Source of the DNA: Clostridia bacterium
Lineage (GTDB): Bacteria > Bacillota > Clostridia > UBA1212 > DUPL01
NCBI GenBank assembly: GCA_050951325.1
Contig: JBMNIW010000012.1
Coordinates: 448,001-512,000, forward strand
DNA length: 64,000 nucleotides
Reading direction: 5' to 3'
This document shows positions 1-10,459 of this stretch, piece by piece. Every line of letters starts with the position of its first letter. The first letter of the stretch is position 1. Below the pieces are notes generated by a model that was given only the letters and a program-made list of their open reading frames with translations, made no database searches and was not told where the DNA came from. The translations under genes were made by a program, and so were the position numbers.

Positions 1-1759
1 CCATCGCTTTGGCTCTTCCGCCTATTTTATGCCTGGTTACGCTCCTGAAATGCTCCACCATAATTTCAGTCTTTTGAGCAATATTGTGTGGATGGAGGCT
101 TACATATCGTGTTAATGCCTTGGTGGCTTTTGCTCTGTCAAAAGTGGGGTCTTCTTCAATTTTCTTCGCCAGTTTAAAGTAGGTTTCATATGTAACATAG
201 TTTTGAAGCACATCTAAAATAAAGCCTTCTTCAATTGCCTGTCTCATAGAGTATAGATGAAACGGATGTGGTAGTCCGTCAGACCCTATCGTTCCGAACA
301 TTTCAAGAGTTTTTGCTTTAGGTGTGGCTGTAAAAGCAAAGAAACTAATATTCGGCTGTTTTCCCCTTTTCTTTATTGTTTTTATAATTTCCTCCTCAGG
401 GTCATATTCCTTGCCTTCCAACTCTTCATCCAGTTTTACTGCTTCTTCCAGGCTATTGGCAGATAGAACTTCCCTTAAAGAAGCCATATTTTCTCCTGCA
501 CTGCTGGAATGAGCCTCGTCTATAATGACGGCATACTTACGATTTTCCAACTCTCCTACCTTTTCAATGATAAAAGGAAACTTTTGCAGGGTAGAGATAA
601 TAATTCTGGTTCCACTTTTCAGTGCATCAGCCAATTGATTTGAGTCTTTATCTATTTTCTGTACAACTCCGTGTTTATGCTCTAATTGATAAATACTATC
701 CTGCAACTGCCTGTCCAAAACCCTTCTATCCGTAATAACAACGACCGAATCAAACACGGGGTTATCGTTATCATCATGAAGATTGGCAAGCCTGTGGGCA
801 AGCCATGATATGGAGTTGGTTTTCCCTGACCCTGCGCTATGCTGCACAAGATAGTTCGTCCCTACGCCTTTCTTTTTTGCATCGGCTTCCAGTTTCCTTA
901 CTACATCTAATTGGTGGTATCTTGGGAATATGACGGTTTCCGAGGTATAAGTATTACCGTCTATGTCTTTCTTTTCTTGAGTCTCTATAAATACAAATCT
1001 TTTTAATATGTCCATCAGGCTATCTTTTTGAAGTATCTCTTCCCAAAGATAATCCGTTTTTAAGCCATCAGGGTTGTCTGGATTTCCTTTTCCTCCATTA
1101 CAACCTTTATTAAATGGAAGAAAAGAAGTTTTATCTCCTGAAAGCCTTGTAGCCATATAGGCTTCTTGAGTATCTACTGCAAAGAATACAATGGCTCTTT
1201 TCTTAAACTGAAACAACAGTTCATTAGGGCTTCTGTCTTTCTTGTACTGCATTATTGCATCTTCATATGTTTGACTAGTGAAAGGATTTTTAAGTTCTAA
1301 CACAACAACAGGAAGTCCGTTCACACAGATAAGCATATCTATACTGTTTTCGTTTTTGGTACTGTAGTGTACCTGCCTTGTGACGGATATCCGATTCTTT
1401 TCATAAAGTTTTATCATTTCATCATTTAATTTGCTGGCAGGCTGGAAATAGGCAAGGTCTAAATACACGCCATAGTCTTTAATTCCATGCCTTAATACAT
1501 CAATCATACCACGGTTATTTAATTCTCTATTTAACCGGCTTAATACTTTAAACTGATACTGTTCCTTATATATCTCTCTTAATCTCTCCATCTTCTTTGG
1601 TTGTGTATCTTCTAAAAAACCAAAAAGAAGTTTAGTATCAATGGCAAATTCTTTGTTATAGTCATCAGGATTACCCTTAATATATCCTGATTTTAATAAA
1701 TGTTCTTCAACATATTCCTCAAAACCCTTTTCGCTAAGTTCTACTGGTGTTTTAGCCAT
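1..1759 (-). CDS. hsdR: Type I restriction enzyme R subunit (3' end runs off the window)
   Basis: Manual translation from ATG at 1759 (MAKTPVELSEKGFEE...) shows nuclease motif IDMLICVNGLPVVVLELKN, Walker A HSAGSGKT, and IIDEAHSS; lies downstream of hsdM/hsdS. Confidence 0.93.
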   Translation of the reverse strand, partial: MAKTPVELSEKGFEEYVEEHLLKSGYIKGNPDDYNKEFAIDTKLLFGFLEDTQPKKMERLREIYKEQYQFKVLSRLNRELNNRGMIDVLRHGIKDYGVYLDLAYFQPASKLNDEMIKLYEKNRISVTRQVHYSTKNENSIDMLICVNGLPVVVLELKNPFTSQTYEDAIMQYKKDRSPNELLFQFKKRAIVFFAVDTQEAYMATRLSGDKTSFLPFNKGCNGGKGNPDNPDGLKTDYLWEEILQKDSLMDILKRFVFIETQEKKDIDGNTYTSETVIFPRYHQLDVVRKLEADAKKKGVGTNYLVQHSAGSGKTNSISWLAHRLANLHDDNDNPVFDSVVVITDRRVLDRQLQDSIYQLEHKHGVVQKIDKDSNQLADALKSGTRIIISTLQKFPFIIEKVGELENRKYAVIIDEAHSSSAGENMASLREVLSANSLEEAVKLDEELEGKEYDPEEEIIKTIKKRGKQPNISFFAFTATPKAKTLEMFGTIGSDGLPHPFHLYSMRQAIEEGFILDVLQNYVTYETYFKLAKKIEEDPTFDRAKATKALTRYVSLHPHNIAQKTEIMVEHFRSVTRHKIGGRAKAM

Positions 1760-1774
1760 TTTCTCACTTCCTTA

Positions 1775-3610
1775 CTAACTATTTGCTAATAAATCAATTT
1801 TATTTACATCCCATATCTTTTTGCATATTTCTTTATAGAGGGACTGCCTCTCTATTAATGCCTTTTTATCAAACTGATCATATGGCTTAAAGGGTAATTG
1901 TGTTTCGTTCATAAAGCGTAAAAATAGTGGATTATTACTATAGCAATTCTTATTTAATGTCCTAGCCAATAGGTTTTCACTATCATACTTAATTACTTTC
2001 TTGCTATATTCCATATCCTGTAAACTTCTGTTTTTATCTTTAGGAAGTATTAGTAGACCTCCAAATCTATTTCTAAACTGTTTAAATTCTTCTTCCGTTG
2101 AGAAATCCTGTTGATGGTTTCCCTGAGTATAATCATCAGCCCAAATATGCTCAATATCATATGGATTTTTTTGTTCTCTATTTACATAGTTGGCAAAATT
2201 GCTGTTGATACCGCTTTGTTCCTCTATGTAATAGGTCATTCTCGCAAGAATATGAAGCATATATCTTTTTGTAAACTGATTTAAATAAAAACCATCAATA
2301 CCTTCAAGAGTTAAGTCCATACCATTTATATAATGCTTTAATATTTCCGCCAATTCACTAATATCCTTATTGCGTATCATTTTTGTTATATTAAATACTG
2401 TATATCTAATAGAAGAATAATCAACCGTCTTGAAATTAAAAACTCTGATGGATATAAATTGGTCAACAAAGCAAGAAACCATTTTAATCTTCTTATCAAT
2501 GATGTCTCGTGTATCATCACTTCTTATAGCAGATAGTATAATCTGATACTGTAGTGTAAATCCTCTGTCTGCATTATAAAATACGTACTCATAATCTTTA
2601 TTGAAGTTACGTGAATAATCCTTTAAACGTATATAGATATCTGAATACATTTGAAATTTTTTCAGTATAAAATTCTCAAAGTCTATACTACTATTTAAAC
2701 CTATAGCAGACCTATTTTCTTGGACCCATTTGTGAAATGTTGTACCAATGTTATCAAAATCCTTGTTTTCTGCATCTTTCTTACCTTCTCTAATGGTTTC
2801 TGCATACTGTGCTCTCAACCAGTTCTTTATAAAGTCTGCATCGCCATCTTTTTCGATATCTTTCAACTGTACCACTTTACTCTTCCATAAATCATTCGCC
2901 TTATTTCTAATAGTGTTGTCATCAATCATGGAAAGAAGATAGCCTTTTAACATCTCCGTAGGAGTGAGTCTCAACCCTCTATCATTCATAGTTACAAAAA
3001 CTTTATGTGCATCTTGCTCTGAATCAGTCCGTATCTGTACTAAAGATACATTATCAATTAACCATTCAATAAATACCGGAAGAGGGTCCCCTTTTAATTC
3101 ATCCGGAAAAATCCGCTCAATATCTTTATAACGATTATAAAGATTTCTAACACTCTCTGATTGCTCATTAGCAATATCGTAATCACCTGTTTCAAATAAG
3201 GATGCTAAACACTCCTCCCTTTCAGGAACATTAATACAAAATGTCTTTTGTCCATACATTTCAGAATAGATATAGTTATCAATATTGACTTTAGGTAAAT
3301 TCGCCTGCTGTTTCTGTAGATTATTTAGATAAATAAGAAGCAGTGTTAATGATGACAATCTCTGCTGTCCATCTATAATTGCATTGTCATTAGTAAGGAT
3401 AATGGGACCGAGAAAGTAATTCCCATAATTCCTTACATCAATCTGCCTGTCACCTTCTTTATAGAACTCAAAAAACTCATTGGTTAAATCCTCTATCAAC
3501 TCTTCAATCTGTTTTGTTCCCCAATTATATTCTCGCTGATAGTATTGAACCGTATATTTGTTATTCAGCAATGTGCGTAAATTTACTGCATGGGCTGTTA
3601 TCTTATTCAT
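1775..3610 (-). CDS. DUF262 + DUF1524 (HNH) protein, GmrSD-like type IV restriction endonuclease candidate
   Basis: YQREYNW, IDGQQRL and FVTMNDRG motifs (DUF262); C-terminal DIEHIW...GGLLIL...KN (DUF1524/HNH). Confidence 0.85.
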   Translation of the reverse strand: MNKITAHAVNLRTLLNNKYTVQYYQREYNWGTKQIEELIEDLTNEFFEFYKEGDRQIDVRNYGNYFLGPIILTNDNAIIDGQQRLSSLTLLLIYLNNLQKQQANLPKVNIDNYIYSEMYGQKTFCINVPEREECLASLFETGDYDIANEQSESVRNLYNRYKDIERIFPDELKGDPLPVFIEWLIDNVSLVQIRTDSEQDAHKVFVTMNDRGLRLTPTEMLKGYLLSMIDDNTIRNKANDLWKSKVVQLKDIEKDGDADFIKNWLRAQYAETIREGKKDAENKDFDNIGTTFHKWVQENRSAIGLNSSIDFENFILKKFQMYSDIYIRLKDYSRNFNKDYEYVFYNADRGFTLQYQIILSAIRSDDTRDIIDKKIKMVSCFVDQFISIRVFNFKTVDYSSIRYTVFNITKMIRNKDISELAEILKHYINGMDLTLEGIDGFYLNQFTKRYMLHILARMTYYIEEQSGINSNFANYVNREQKNPYDIEHIWADDYTQGNHQQDFSTEEEFKQFRNRFGGLLILPKDKNRSLQDMEYSKKVIKYDSENLLARTLNKNCYSNNPLFLRFMNETQLPFKPYDQFDKKALIERQSLYKEICKKIWDVNKIDLLANS

Positions 3611-4967
3611 TTCTAAAAATCACCTCATTCTTATTCTGAAATTCTCTTACATCAATTTTACCTGTTACTGCTTCTGATATAAGGGATTGGCGGTATTCTT
3701 TGAGTTTTTCGATTTGGTTTTTTGTTTCTGTTACTAAACTATCTATTTCAGCAGTTTTTTGGTCAAGGAAATTTACAATAGCATTCTGTTCGTGTCTTTC
3801 TGGTAAATTGATTAATAACGATTTAATCTAAATTCTGGCTAATCTTAGATTGTCCACCTGTAAGCCATAGCAATAATATGGTTCCTGTCTTGCCAAAAAC
3901 CAATAAAATATACAATTTAATATTTACATTTTTAGTCTGTGCTAGTGCACAGCATGCCTATTCGTTGTCGCAATTATTCTTCTAATAGATACTTTCCTAT
4001 TGTCGCTCCATACATGGCAATTCAGTAAGTATCTATGTGCATTAACTTTAAGGTTGAATAATCTTTTAATGCTATATCTGTAATCATTTTTGACGTTTCA
4101 TAGAGATATCCATCATTTAAATTCTGCACCTGTATAACCAAGGTACATCTTCATCATACTATTCTATCTGATGTACTGGGAGTTGTTCCACTACCAATTA
4201 TATTAATAATCCAATATACTTTTTGTTACTTCCCAATGCTCCGGTATCTCCCCTATCCACTCAATTCCTGAATCCTTCATCCTAACATTCGGATTAAGTC
4301 CTTTAGTAACGGCTTCAGTTATAATAGCCTGCCGTTTTTCCTGTAGTAGTTCAATCAATTTTTCCTTATCAGCAATCAAACCATCTATTTCAGCAGTTTT
4401 TTGGTATAGGAAATTGGCAATGGCGTTTTGTTCGTCATACTTTGGTAAAGGGATATTAATTGATAATAAATTAGGAACCCTAATAGTTTTTATGGTTGTC
4501 TGGTCTGAATAGTTGTCTAATTCTTCATTAAACCTTGAACTTTCCATTAACCAAACAAGCCACTTTGAATATACTTTATTTTTATTAGGTGATAACCTTA
4601 ATAAATTTGCTGTTATATTAGCATTTTCAATGTTATTAGTAACTAACCCAATTTTTCCCATTGTACCTCTAACAGACATAACAATGTCATCTTTTTTTAG
4701 TTTTGTCATAGGATAGTTATTTGATATTTCCTCCGAAATAAACCTGGGCTCACAACTTTCAACATCTATCAGTCCGTTACCTTTTAGCATTTCTCCTCTT
4801 ACTTCAATTACACCATTATCTGAATACTGGATTCCATAATAAGTAGGATACCTATATACTAACTTAAAAATCCACTTGAGTTTTAGCACATCCCAATGCT
4901 CAGGTATCTCTCCTATCCACTCAACCCCTGAATCCTTATACCTTTCATACCTCTTAAACCTACTCAT
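3603..4967 (-). pseudogene. hsdS: Type I R-M specificity subunit; TRD1 intact (ORF 4203-4967), TRD2 broken by several frameshifts and stops
   Basis: Two KDSG(V/I)EWIGEIPEHW repeats; TRD2 motifs (IGSGTTP, LNDGYLYETSK, IAMYGATIGK) seen only in shifting frames; intact tail KLKEYRQSLISEAVTGKIDVR ends at 3603. Confidence 0.85.
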
Positions 4968-6991
4968 TCACCCATCACCTTCTTCAACTTCTCTAAGATG
5001 CTCTGTTCCAGTTCTTTAATCTCTTTCATAATCTCTTCAGAAGGTCTGAGGGGCTGGTATTTATAAAAATGCCTTGTGAAAGGTATTTCATATCCAATTT
5101 TAGTCTTAGTTTCATCTATCCAGGCATCAGGCACGTGGGGCTTTACTTCCCGTTCAAAGTACTCATATATATCTTCTTTCAAAGGTACGTTTTCAGTATC
5201 CCTCAGGTCTGGGTCTGGTTCAGGATTGCCATTGCTGTCCACACAAATATCCGCTGTTTCATCTTTTTCGGAAATGGCAGACAGGATAGCCTTTAAAAGT
5301 GCACTATCCAGTTTAATATCACTGTCTTTAAAAGCCTTCTTCAGCACTTTTGTAAATTCATCTCTATTTTTATACAAAATAGTAGAGTCCATTGTTTTTA
5401 AGGTTTCTATTATTTGCTGTTGTAGTTTCTTACCTTCTTCTATTTCTTTAAGCCCTGCTGTTCCCTTTTTCTTAGACTTTGCAAGATTACTAAAGGCTGT
5501 TTCATTATATAAATTATTAATTCTTTCTTCAGTTACCTGGAAATTAAGCCTTAAAGGCCTTTCCACAACTATTTTCTGGTATCCGAAATCTTCATTATCA
5601 AAAATCTTGCAGTATTCATTCTCCTTAAACTCACCATATATCCTTGTAATTTCTTTTATCTGCTCTTCAGTGATTTCATTTCTCTTATTCCCAAGGCTTT
5701 TTCTCATTTTTTGATAGAAATCTACTGCATTAACCAACTGTATTTTACCAGTCCTTACAGGCCCCTTCATTGGGTCATTATTTTTACGATTGGTAACTAT
5801 CCATATATAGGTAGAAATACCCGTGTTATAGAATAACTGGTCAGGCAGTGCAATAATACCTTCCAGCATGTCATTTTCAATTATCCAGCGCCTTATTTCC
5901 GATTCGCCTGAGCCAGCATCCCCAGTAAACAATGGCGAGCCATTAAAGATAATAGCAATACGGCTGCCTTTTTCGTCCTGTTTCATTTTAGATATTAAGT
6001 GCTGCAGGAATAAAAGGGAACCATCGGATATTCTGGGAAGCCCAGCACCGAATCTGCCGTTATACCCTTCTTTTTCATATTCTTCACGAATAAACTTCTC
6101 CGCTTTCTTCCATTCAACACCAAAAGGCGGATTGGTTAGCATGTACCTAAAAGTTTTGCCTCTATGTCCATCTTCAGTAAAACTGTCGCCCAAAATGATG
6201 TTATCTGCATTTTGCCCTTTTATGAGCATGTCAGATTTGCAGATACTAAAGGACTGAGGATTTATCTCCTGTCCAAATAATTCCACTTGTATTCCCGGGT
6301 TTAATTCTTTGAGGTATTGCTCTGCAACCGAAAGCATACCACCTGTACCTGCACAGCAGTCGTAAACAGTTACAACAAGCCCTGGCTGGGTTAGTTCTTC
6401 ATTATCCTCATTAAGAAGAATATTTACCATTAACCTTATAACCTCACGAGGAGTATAGTGGTCACCTGCCTCTGCATGTTCAGAAAATCTCCTGATAAGT
6501 TCCTCAAATATGTAACCCATTTCGGTATTGCTTACCTTATCAGGATGTAAGTCTATCTTATTAAACTCAGATACCACAAGATAAAGCAGGTTGTTGTCAC
6601 TAAGTTTTGTAATCTGCTTGTCAAAATCAAAGTGTTCTATAATTTCTCTGGCGTTTTTAGAAAAGCCGTTAATATAATTTCTTAAATTATTTGCGATATT
6701 ATCAGGGTCGGCTAATAATTTTTCAAAATCATACTTGCTTGTATTATTGAATCCTTGCTTTGATATCCTATTTAAAACAGGGTCCATGTTTTGGAGCCCT
6801 GACTTCTTTAAGGCTTCATACTTTTCCAATACTTCCTGCTTAGTGGCTGCAAGAACACAGTCAAACCTCCTGAGTACGGCCATTGGCAGTATTACATCGC
6901 CGTATTGTTCTTTTTTATAAGGCCCTCTTAAAAGTTCTGCTATGCTCCATATAAAGTTAACTTTATCTTGAAAGTTAATCAACTTTATCAC
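4964..6991 (-). CDS. hsdM: Type I R-M N6-adenine methyltransferase M subunit
   Basis: HYTPREVI, YDCCAGTGGML (motif I) and NPPF (motif IV). Confidence 0.96.
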   Translation of the reverse strand: MIKLINFQDKVNFIWSIAELLRGPYKKEQYGDVILPMAVLRRFDCVLAATKQEVLEKYEALKKSGLQNMDPVLNRISKQGFNNTSKYDFEKLLADPDNIANNLRNYINGFSKNAREIIEHFDFDKQITKLSDNNLLYLVVSEFNKIDLHPDKVSNTEMGYIFEELIRRFSEHAEAGDHYTPREVIRLMVNILLNEDNEELTQPGLVVTVYDCCAGTGGMLSVAEQYLKELNPGIQVELFGQEINPQSFSICKSDMLIKGQNADNIILGDSFTEDGHRGKTFRYMLTNPPFGVEWKKAEKFIREEYEKEGYNGRFGAGLPRISDGSLLFLQHLISKMKQDEKGSRIAIIFNGSPLFTGDAGSGESEIRRWIIENDMLEGIIALPDQLFYNTGISTYIWIVTNRKNNDPMKGPVRTGKIQLVNAVDFYQKMRKSLGNKRNEITEEQIKEITRIYGEFKENEYCKIFDNEDFGYQKIVVERPLRLNFQVTEERINNLYNETAFSNLAKSKKKGTAGLKEIEEGKKLQQQIIETLKTMDSTILYKNRDEFTKVLKKAFKDSDIKLDSALLKAILSAISEKDETADICVDSNGNPEPDPDLRDTENVPLKEDIYEYFEREVKPHVPDAWIDETKTKIGYEIPFTRHFYKYQPLRPSEEIMKEIKELEQSILEKLKKVMGE

Positions 6992-7192
6992 TCCTATGTA
7001 TTTCTCGATTTTGATACTTTAAGTCATTTATCAGTATATACACGCAAAATTATACCAATCTATACTTAAATATTCTATATTTTTTTAGATTTTCCTTTAC
7101 AATTTACAATCTTACAGAATATCGTAATATTTTATAAACTTTTTTATATTAAAAGCATCATACCTCCAGAGGATATATAAATAGTCTTCATT

Positions 7193-8866
7193 TCATGCAA
7201 TATTAAGACTCTTCAAAGACGATATCATATAGAATAGTTCATCTAAATACAATATCAATTTTAATGAGTTTATTTCATTATCATAGTTTAAAGCCTGCCC
7301 ATGAAATATCTTATGCCTACTAAAATCCTGTACTTCATCTGGCTCTTCAGGATTAAACCTTACATAAAATGAATCTATGCAATTAAAAGCATAGTTAACA
7401 ATAAAATTATCCAATTCTTTTGCTTTTTCTTTGAAATTATTATATAAATAACTAAATTTTTTCGCTGATATGTCATAAGTATCCCTTAAAAAATCTCGGA
7501 TAACTCCCTCAATCATAAATGTCCATATCGGAATGCACAAAGAGTATTTTCCTAATTTATGAGCATAAAAAGCATCGTCTATTTTGCTTCCCCACTTACA
7601 AAAATATTCCAGTCCATACCATTCTCTTATTATTTCTTCTAATTCTTTGTAATCATTGTCTTTATAAAAATCACATACTATTTTATCCACATCTTCTTGA
7701 AGTAAAGTTTCCCTGTTTCTATATATATAATTTATTTTTTCTATCGGTAAGGAACCGATAAACCACCAGCCAAACTGAAGCATAGTTTTGGCTTTCTTTT
7801 TTAAACTTTCATTTATATTCACATTTGAAACAAGTACAGTCTGTATGTTAAGTAAAAAAGGTTTTATATTATTAATAATACTTTGCTGTATATTTACAAA
7901 ATTCAATAATTTATCATTATATGTGAAGTTAAGTATATTATTTAGTTCTGTTCCGAGAGTCTGTATATGGCTCTGTAAGTTGTTATTTAAAGCCCTTCTC
8001 AGTAATTCTTGGCTCTCTAACGCTCTTCTAATGTATTCCATGTTATTGGGCTGTAGTATATCCCTTATGGCGTTTATTTCAGAATAGAAATTTTGAACCG
8101 TTGCAATCATGGCAGAAGACGATGCTATAGAAGACTGCATCTTTATCGCATTGCTTATATTATTGTATATTGGAGAATTAATTACTTTCGTATATGCTTC
8201 CATTGTACTTCCCAACTTACTTATGGTGGCAGCCAATTCTATTAATGCTGGATTATTTATAATATTTTGATACATTGCTGCATCAATAGAAGGATATCTT
8301 ACTGTTTCTGTTATCCTGCTTATTCTTGATGCTAATTCTATGCTTGGTAATAAATTTTTATAGTTGTCTAAAAAATCTAATTTAGACTTCATTTGTACTG
8401 CTATTTTTTTCATTTGTTCTCTATACTCTTCTGCTTCTTTTTTATGAATCAAATAGAACTTTATAAAAAAATCATCTGCTTCTTCAGTTACTTCTTCATC
8501 AAACCTTTTTAAATAATCTGAACTATCTATAATTTCTTCTCCAATCTTTTTTAAATCATTATCAGATAAACTTTCTATATCATCTAACTGAAGAGTAGGA
8601 AACTCATCTTCTTGGTATACTACATTACGACTATTCCTAATTATTCTTAAAACCATTTTGCAGAATGCTTTTCTATAATTTTTTGTTTCTTCAAAGGCCT
8701 TTTCATAAGTACTTGCGGCATCCATACTATAATAAATAGGTATTTCTAACTCTCTGTCCTGCCAATTTACAGGTACCAATTTTATCGCTCTTTTATAGGC
8801 TTCTGTTATATCTCCCAAACTTGTTATTTCCTTTATATCTTTAGGTTCTTTTTTCACAGATATCAT
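7193..8866 (-). CDS. Hypothetical protein with long helical middle and C-terminal HEPN-like domain
   Basis: 557-aa AT-rich ORF; C-terminal AFYAHKLGKY...MIEG...SRHKIFHG (Rx4H) pattern. Confidence 0.55.
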   Translation of the reverse strand: MISVKKEPKDIKEITSLGDITEAYKRAIKLVPVNWQDRELEIPIYYSMDAASTYEKAFEETKNYRKAFCKMVLRIIRNSRNVVYQEDEFPTLQLDDIESLSDNDLKKIGEEIIDSSDYLKRFDEEVTEEADDFFIKFYLIHKKEAEEYREQMKKIAVQMKSKLDFLDNYKNLLPSIELASRISRITETVRYPSIDAAMYQNIINNPALIELAATISKLGSTMEAYTKVINSPIYNNISNAIKMQSSIASSSAMIATVQNFYSEINAIRDILQPNNMEYIRRALESQELLRRALNNNLQSHIQTLGTELNNILNFTYNDKLLNFVNIQQSIINNIKPFLLNIQTVLVSNVNINESLKKKAKTMLQFGWWFIGSLPIEKINYIYRNRETLLQEDVDKIVCDFYKDNDYKELEEIIREWYGLEYFCKWGSKIDDAFYAHKLGKYSLCIPIWTFMIEGVIRDFLRDTYDISAKKFSYLYNNFKEKAKELDNFIVNYAFNCIDSFYVRFNPEEPDEVQDFSRHKIFHGQALNYDNEINSLKLILYLDELFYMISSLKSLNIA

Positions 8867-8956
8867 CCTCTATCCAAATACTGTTATTTCTATTTTAAGA
8901 CATTTATTTATTATCCTCAACAGAATTACAACATTTTTATCGACTATTATTAAAAT

Positions 8957-8985
8957 AAAAGCACATCTCGTAATGAGTGTGCTTT
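8957..8985 (-). terminator. Probable intrinsic terminator
   Basis: AAAAGCAC(A)...GTGCTTT hairpin downstream of the DUF2325 ORF. Confidence 0.55.
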
Positions 8986-9070
8986 GCTTACTGGTACATT
9001 TATTAGTTTTACATAAGAGAAGTGCTAACAACAATTCACTTATGAGAGTAAACTTATTACTTTTGGTTCC

Positions 9071-9730
9071 TTAACTTACAAGATGCTCACCTTTATACTG
9101 GCCGTTCTTTTGTCCAAACATTTTAAATCCTGCTGTAATTGAATTGTTATTGATAAAGACAATTTCTATTTTATTTTTGCGAACTGCATTTATAGTCTTA
9201 TAAAACATTGCATGCGAGTTATATGCAGTGTTAAAGTATATTTTGTCGGCATTTTCTAATATTTTTGTATCATAGTTTAACTGTTCTACTTCTATGAATT
9301 TAAAGTGAGGCACAATTTTACGCATATGCTGTTGCCATTGCGGAGTTCCGCCAATAATTACTCCTCTCGTTCCAGTTAATGCGTCATTAGTTATCTGCTC
9401 TTCATTAACGTATCGGCTTTCATCAATTAAATTTTCTATAGTCATTTTAAGTAATTGAATTTCTTCTTTATTTTCCTCTAACAATTGGTCTTTTTCTTTA
9501 ATAATCTCATTGTATTTTTTCCTAATATCGATGATTTCTCTTTCTTTTTCTCTTACTGTATCCAAACTTATAATTTTAAGTTTTTCTCTTAATTGGTTGT
9601 TTTCTCTTTCTAATTTTTCAACCTGCTCTTTAAGACAATATATTTGCGTTGCAAATTTTTCAAGTTCAATGTCCTTTTCTATGCTATTTTTACTTCTAAT
9701 TAATATGCTATCCGTTATTATTGTTATTGC
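9071..9730 (-). pseudogene. DUF2325-like protein with coiled-coil N-terminus, probably 5'-truncated
   Basis: C-terminal VIIGG...ENADKIYFNTAYNSHAMFY fits DUF2325; the frame stays open upstream of the called start (9565) to ~9730 without a clear start or RBS. Confidence 0.55.
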
Positions 9731-9895
9731 TTACTGTTCTTTTGTATAGTTTTTTATTAAGAGATATTCTAAATAGTGTTGAATCCTTCTTATTATCAAA
9801 TTACTAAAATCCTAAATAAAAAAGTGCAGGTTCTCTCCCCGCACCTTACCCCTTATTCCTTATCCCTTATATACCTAATTCCTTTTTATCCCCTG

Positions 9896-10050
9896 CTATT
9901 CATCTATTAAGTACCTTGTAATAAGTTCATCCAGTTTCTGGCTTAGTCTCAACGTCTCTTCATTGTTTATTCCTTTGCCCTCGAGGGTAACTTTTTTATT
10001 CAACTCATCTCTTAATTTCTCTATTTCCCGAAGCAAATGCTTCAATTTTG
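9896..10050 (-). pseudogene. Spo0E-family aspartyl-phosphate phosphatase, 3' part (5' part at 12835-12862), split by IS21
   Basis: Translation KLKHLLREIEKLRDELNKKVTLEGKGINNEETLRLSQKLDELITRYLIDE*; SQxLD signature. Confidence 0.75.
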
Positions 10051-10459
10051 TGTTTGGTAAGTATAAATCCGTGCAGCGCGGAAGTTAAAAACCCTGCAGT
10101 GCGGAAGTTAAAATCCATGCACCTCGCTATTTAAACTATTTATTTTTTCTAATGACTATATTCTCTTGAACATTATTAGCCACATAAGCAATTTGTACAG
10201 CATCTAAAGTGAAAGGGCACAGCTTTTACACACATGATCCAGAAATCGGTTTTAAACACCATCCTGGATGTCTATGGTGTCTTTTGCAGAAGCCAGGCTT
10301 TAACTTCCAAACAGTACAGCTTGAGCTCTTAGGAACATTATTAGTTTAATTGAGAACAATGAAATGCACAACAACATGCACATTTTGCTTGTTCTATTTC
10401 CGAATTGCATTTTACCACCTCCAGCCATTCTCTCTTATGTACAACTTATTTAATAAACT

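Noticed and set aside
5069-6920. Plus-strand ORFs such as 5076-5714 and 5868-6257
   Set aside because: Antisense shadows of hsdM with no recognisable motifs
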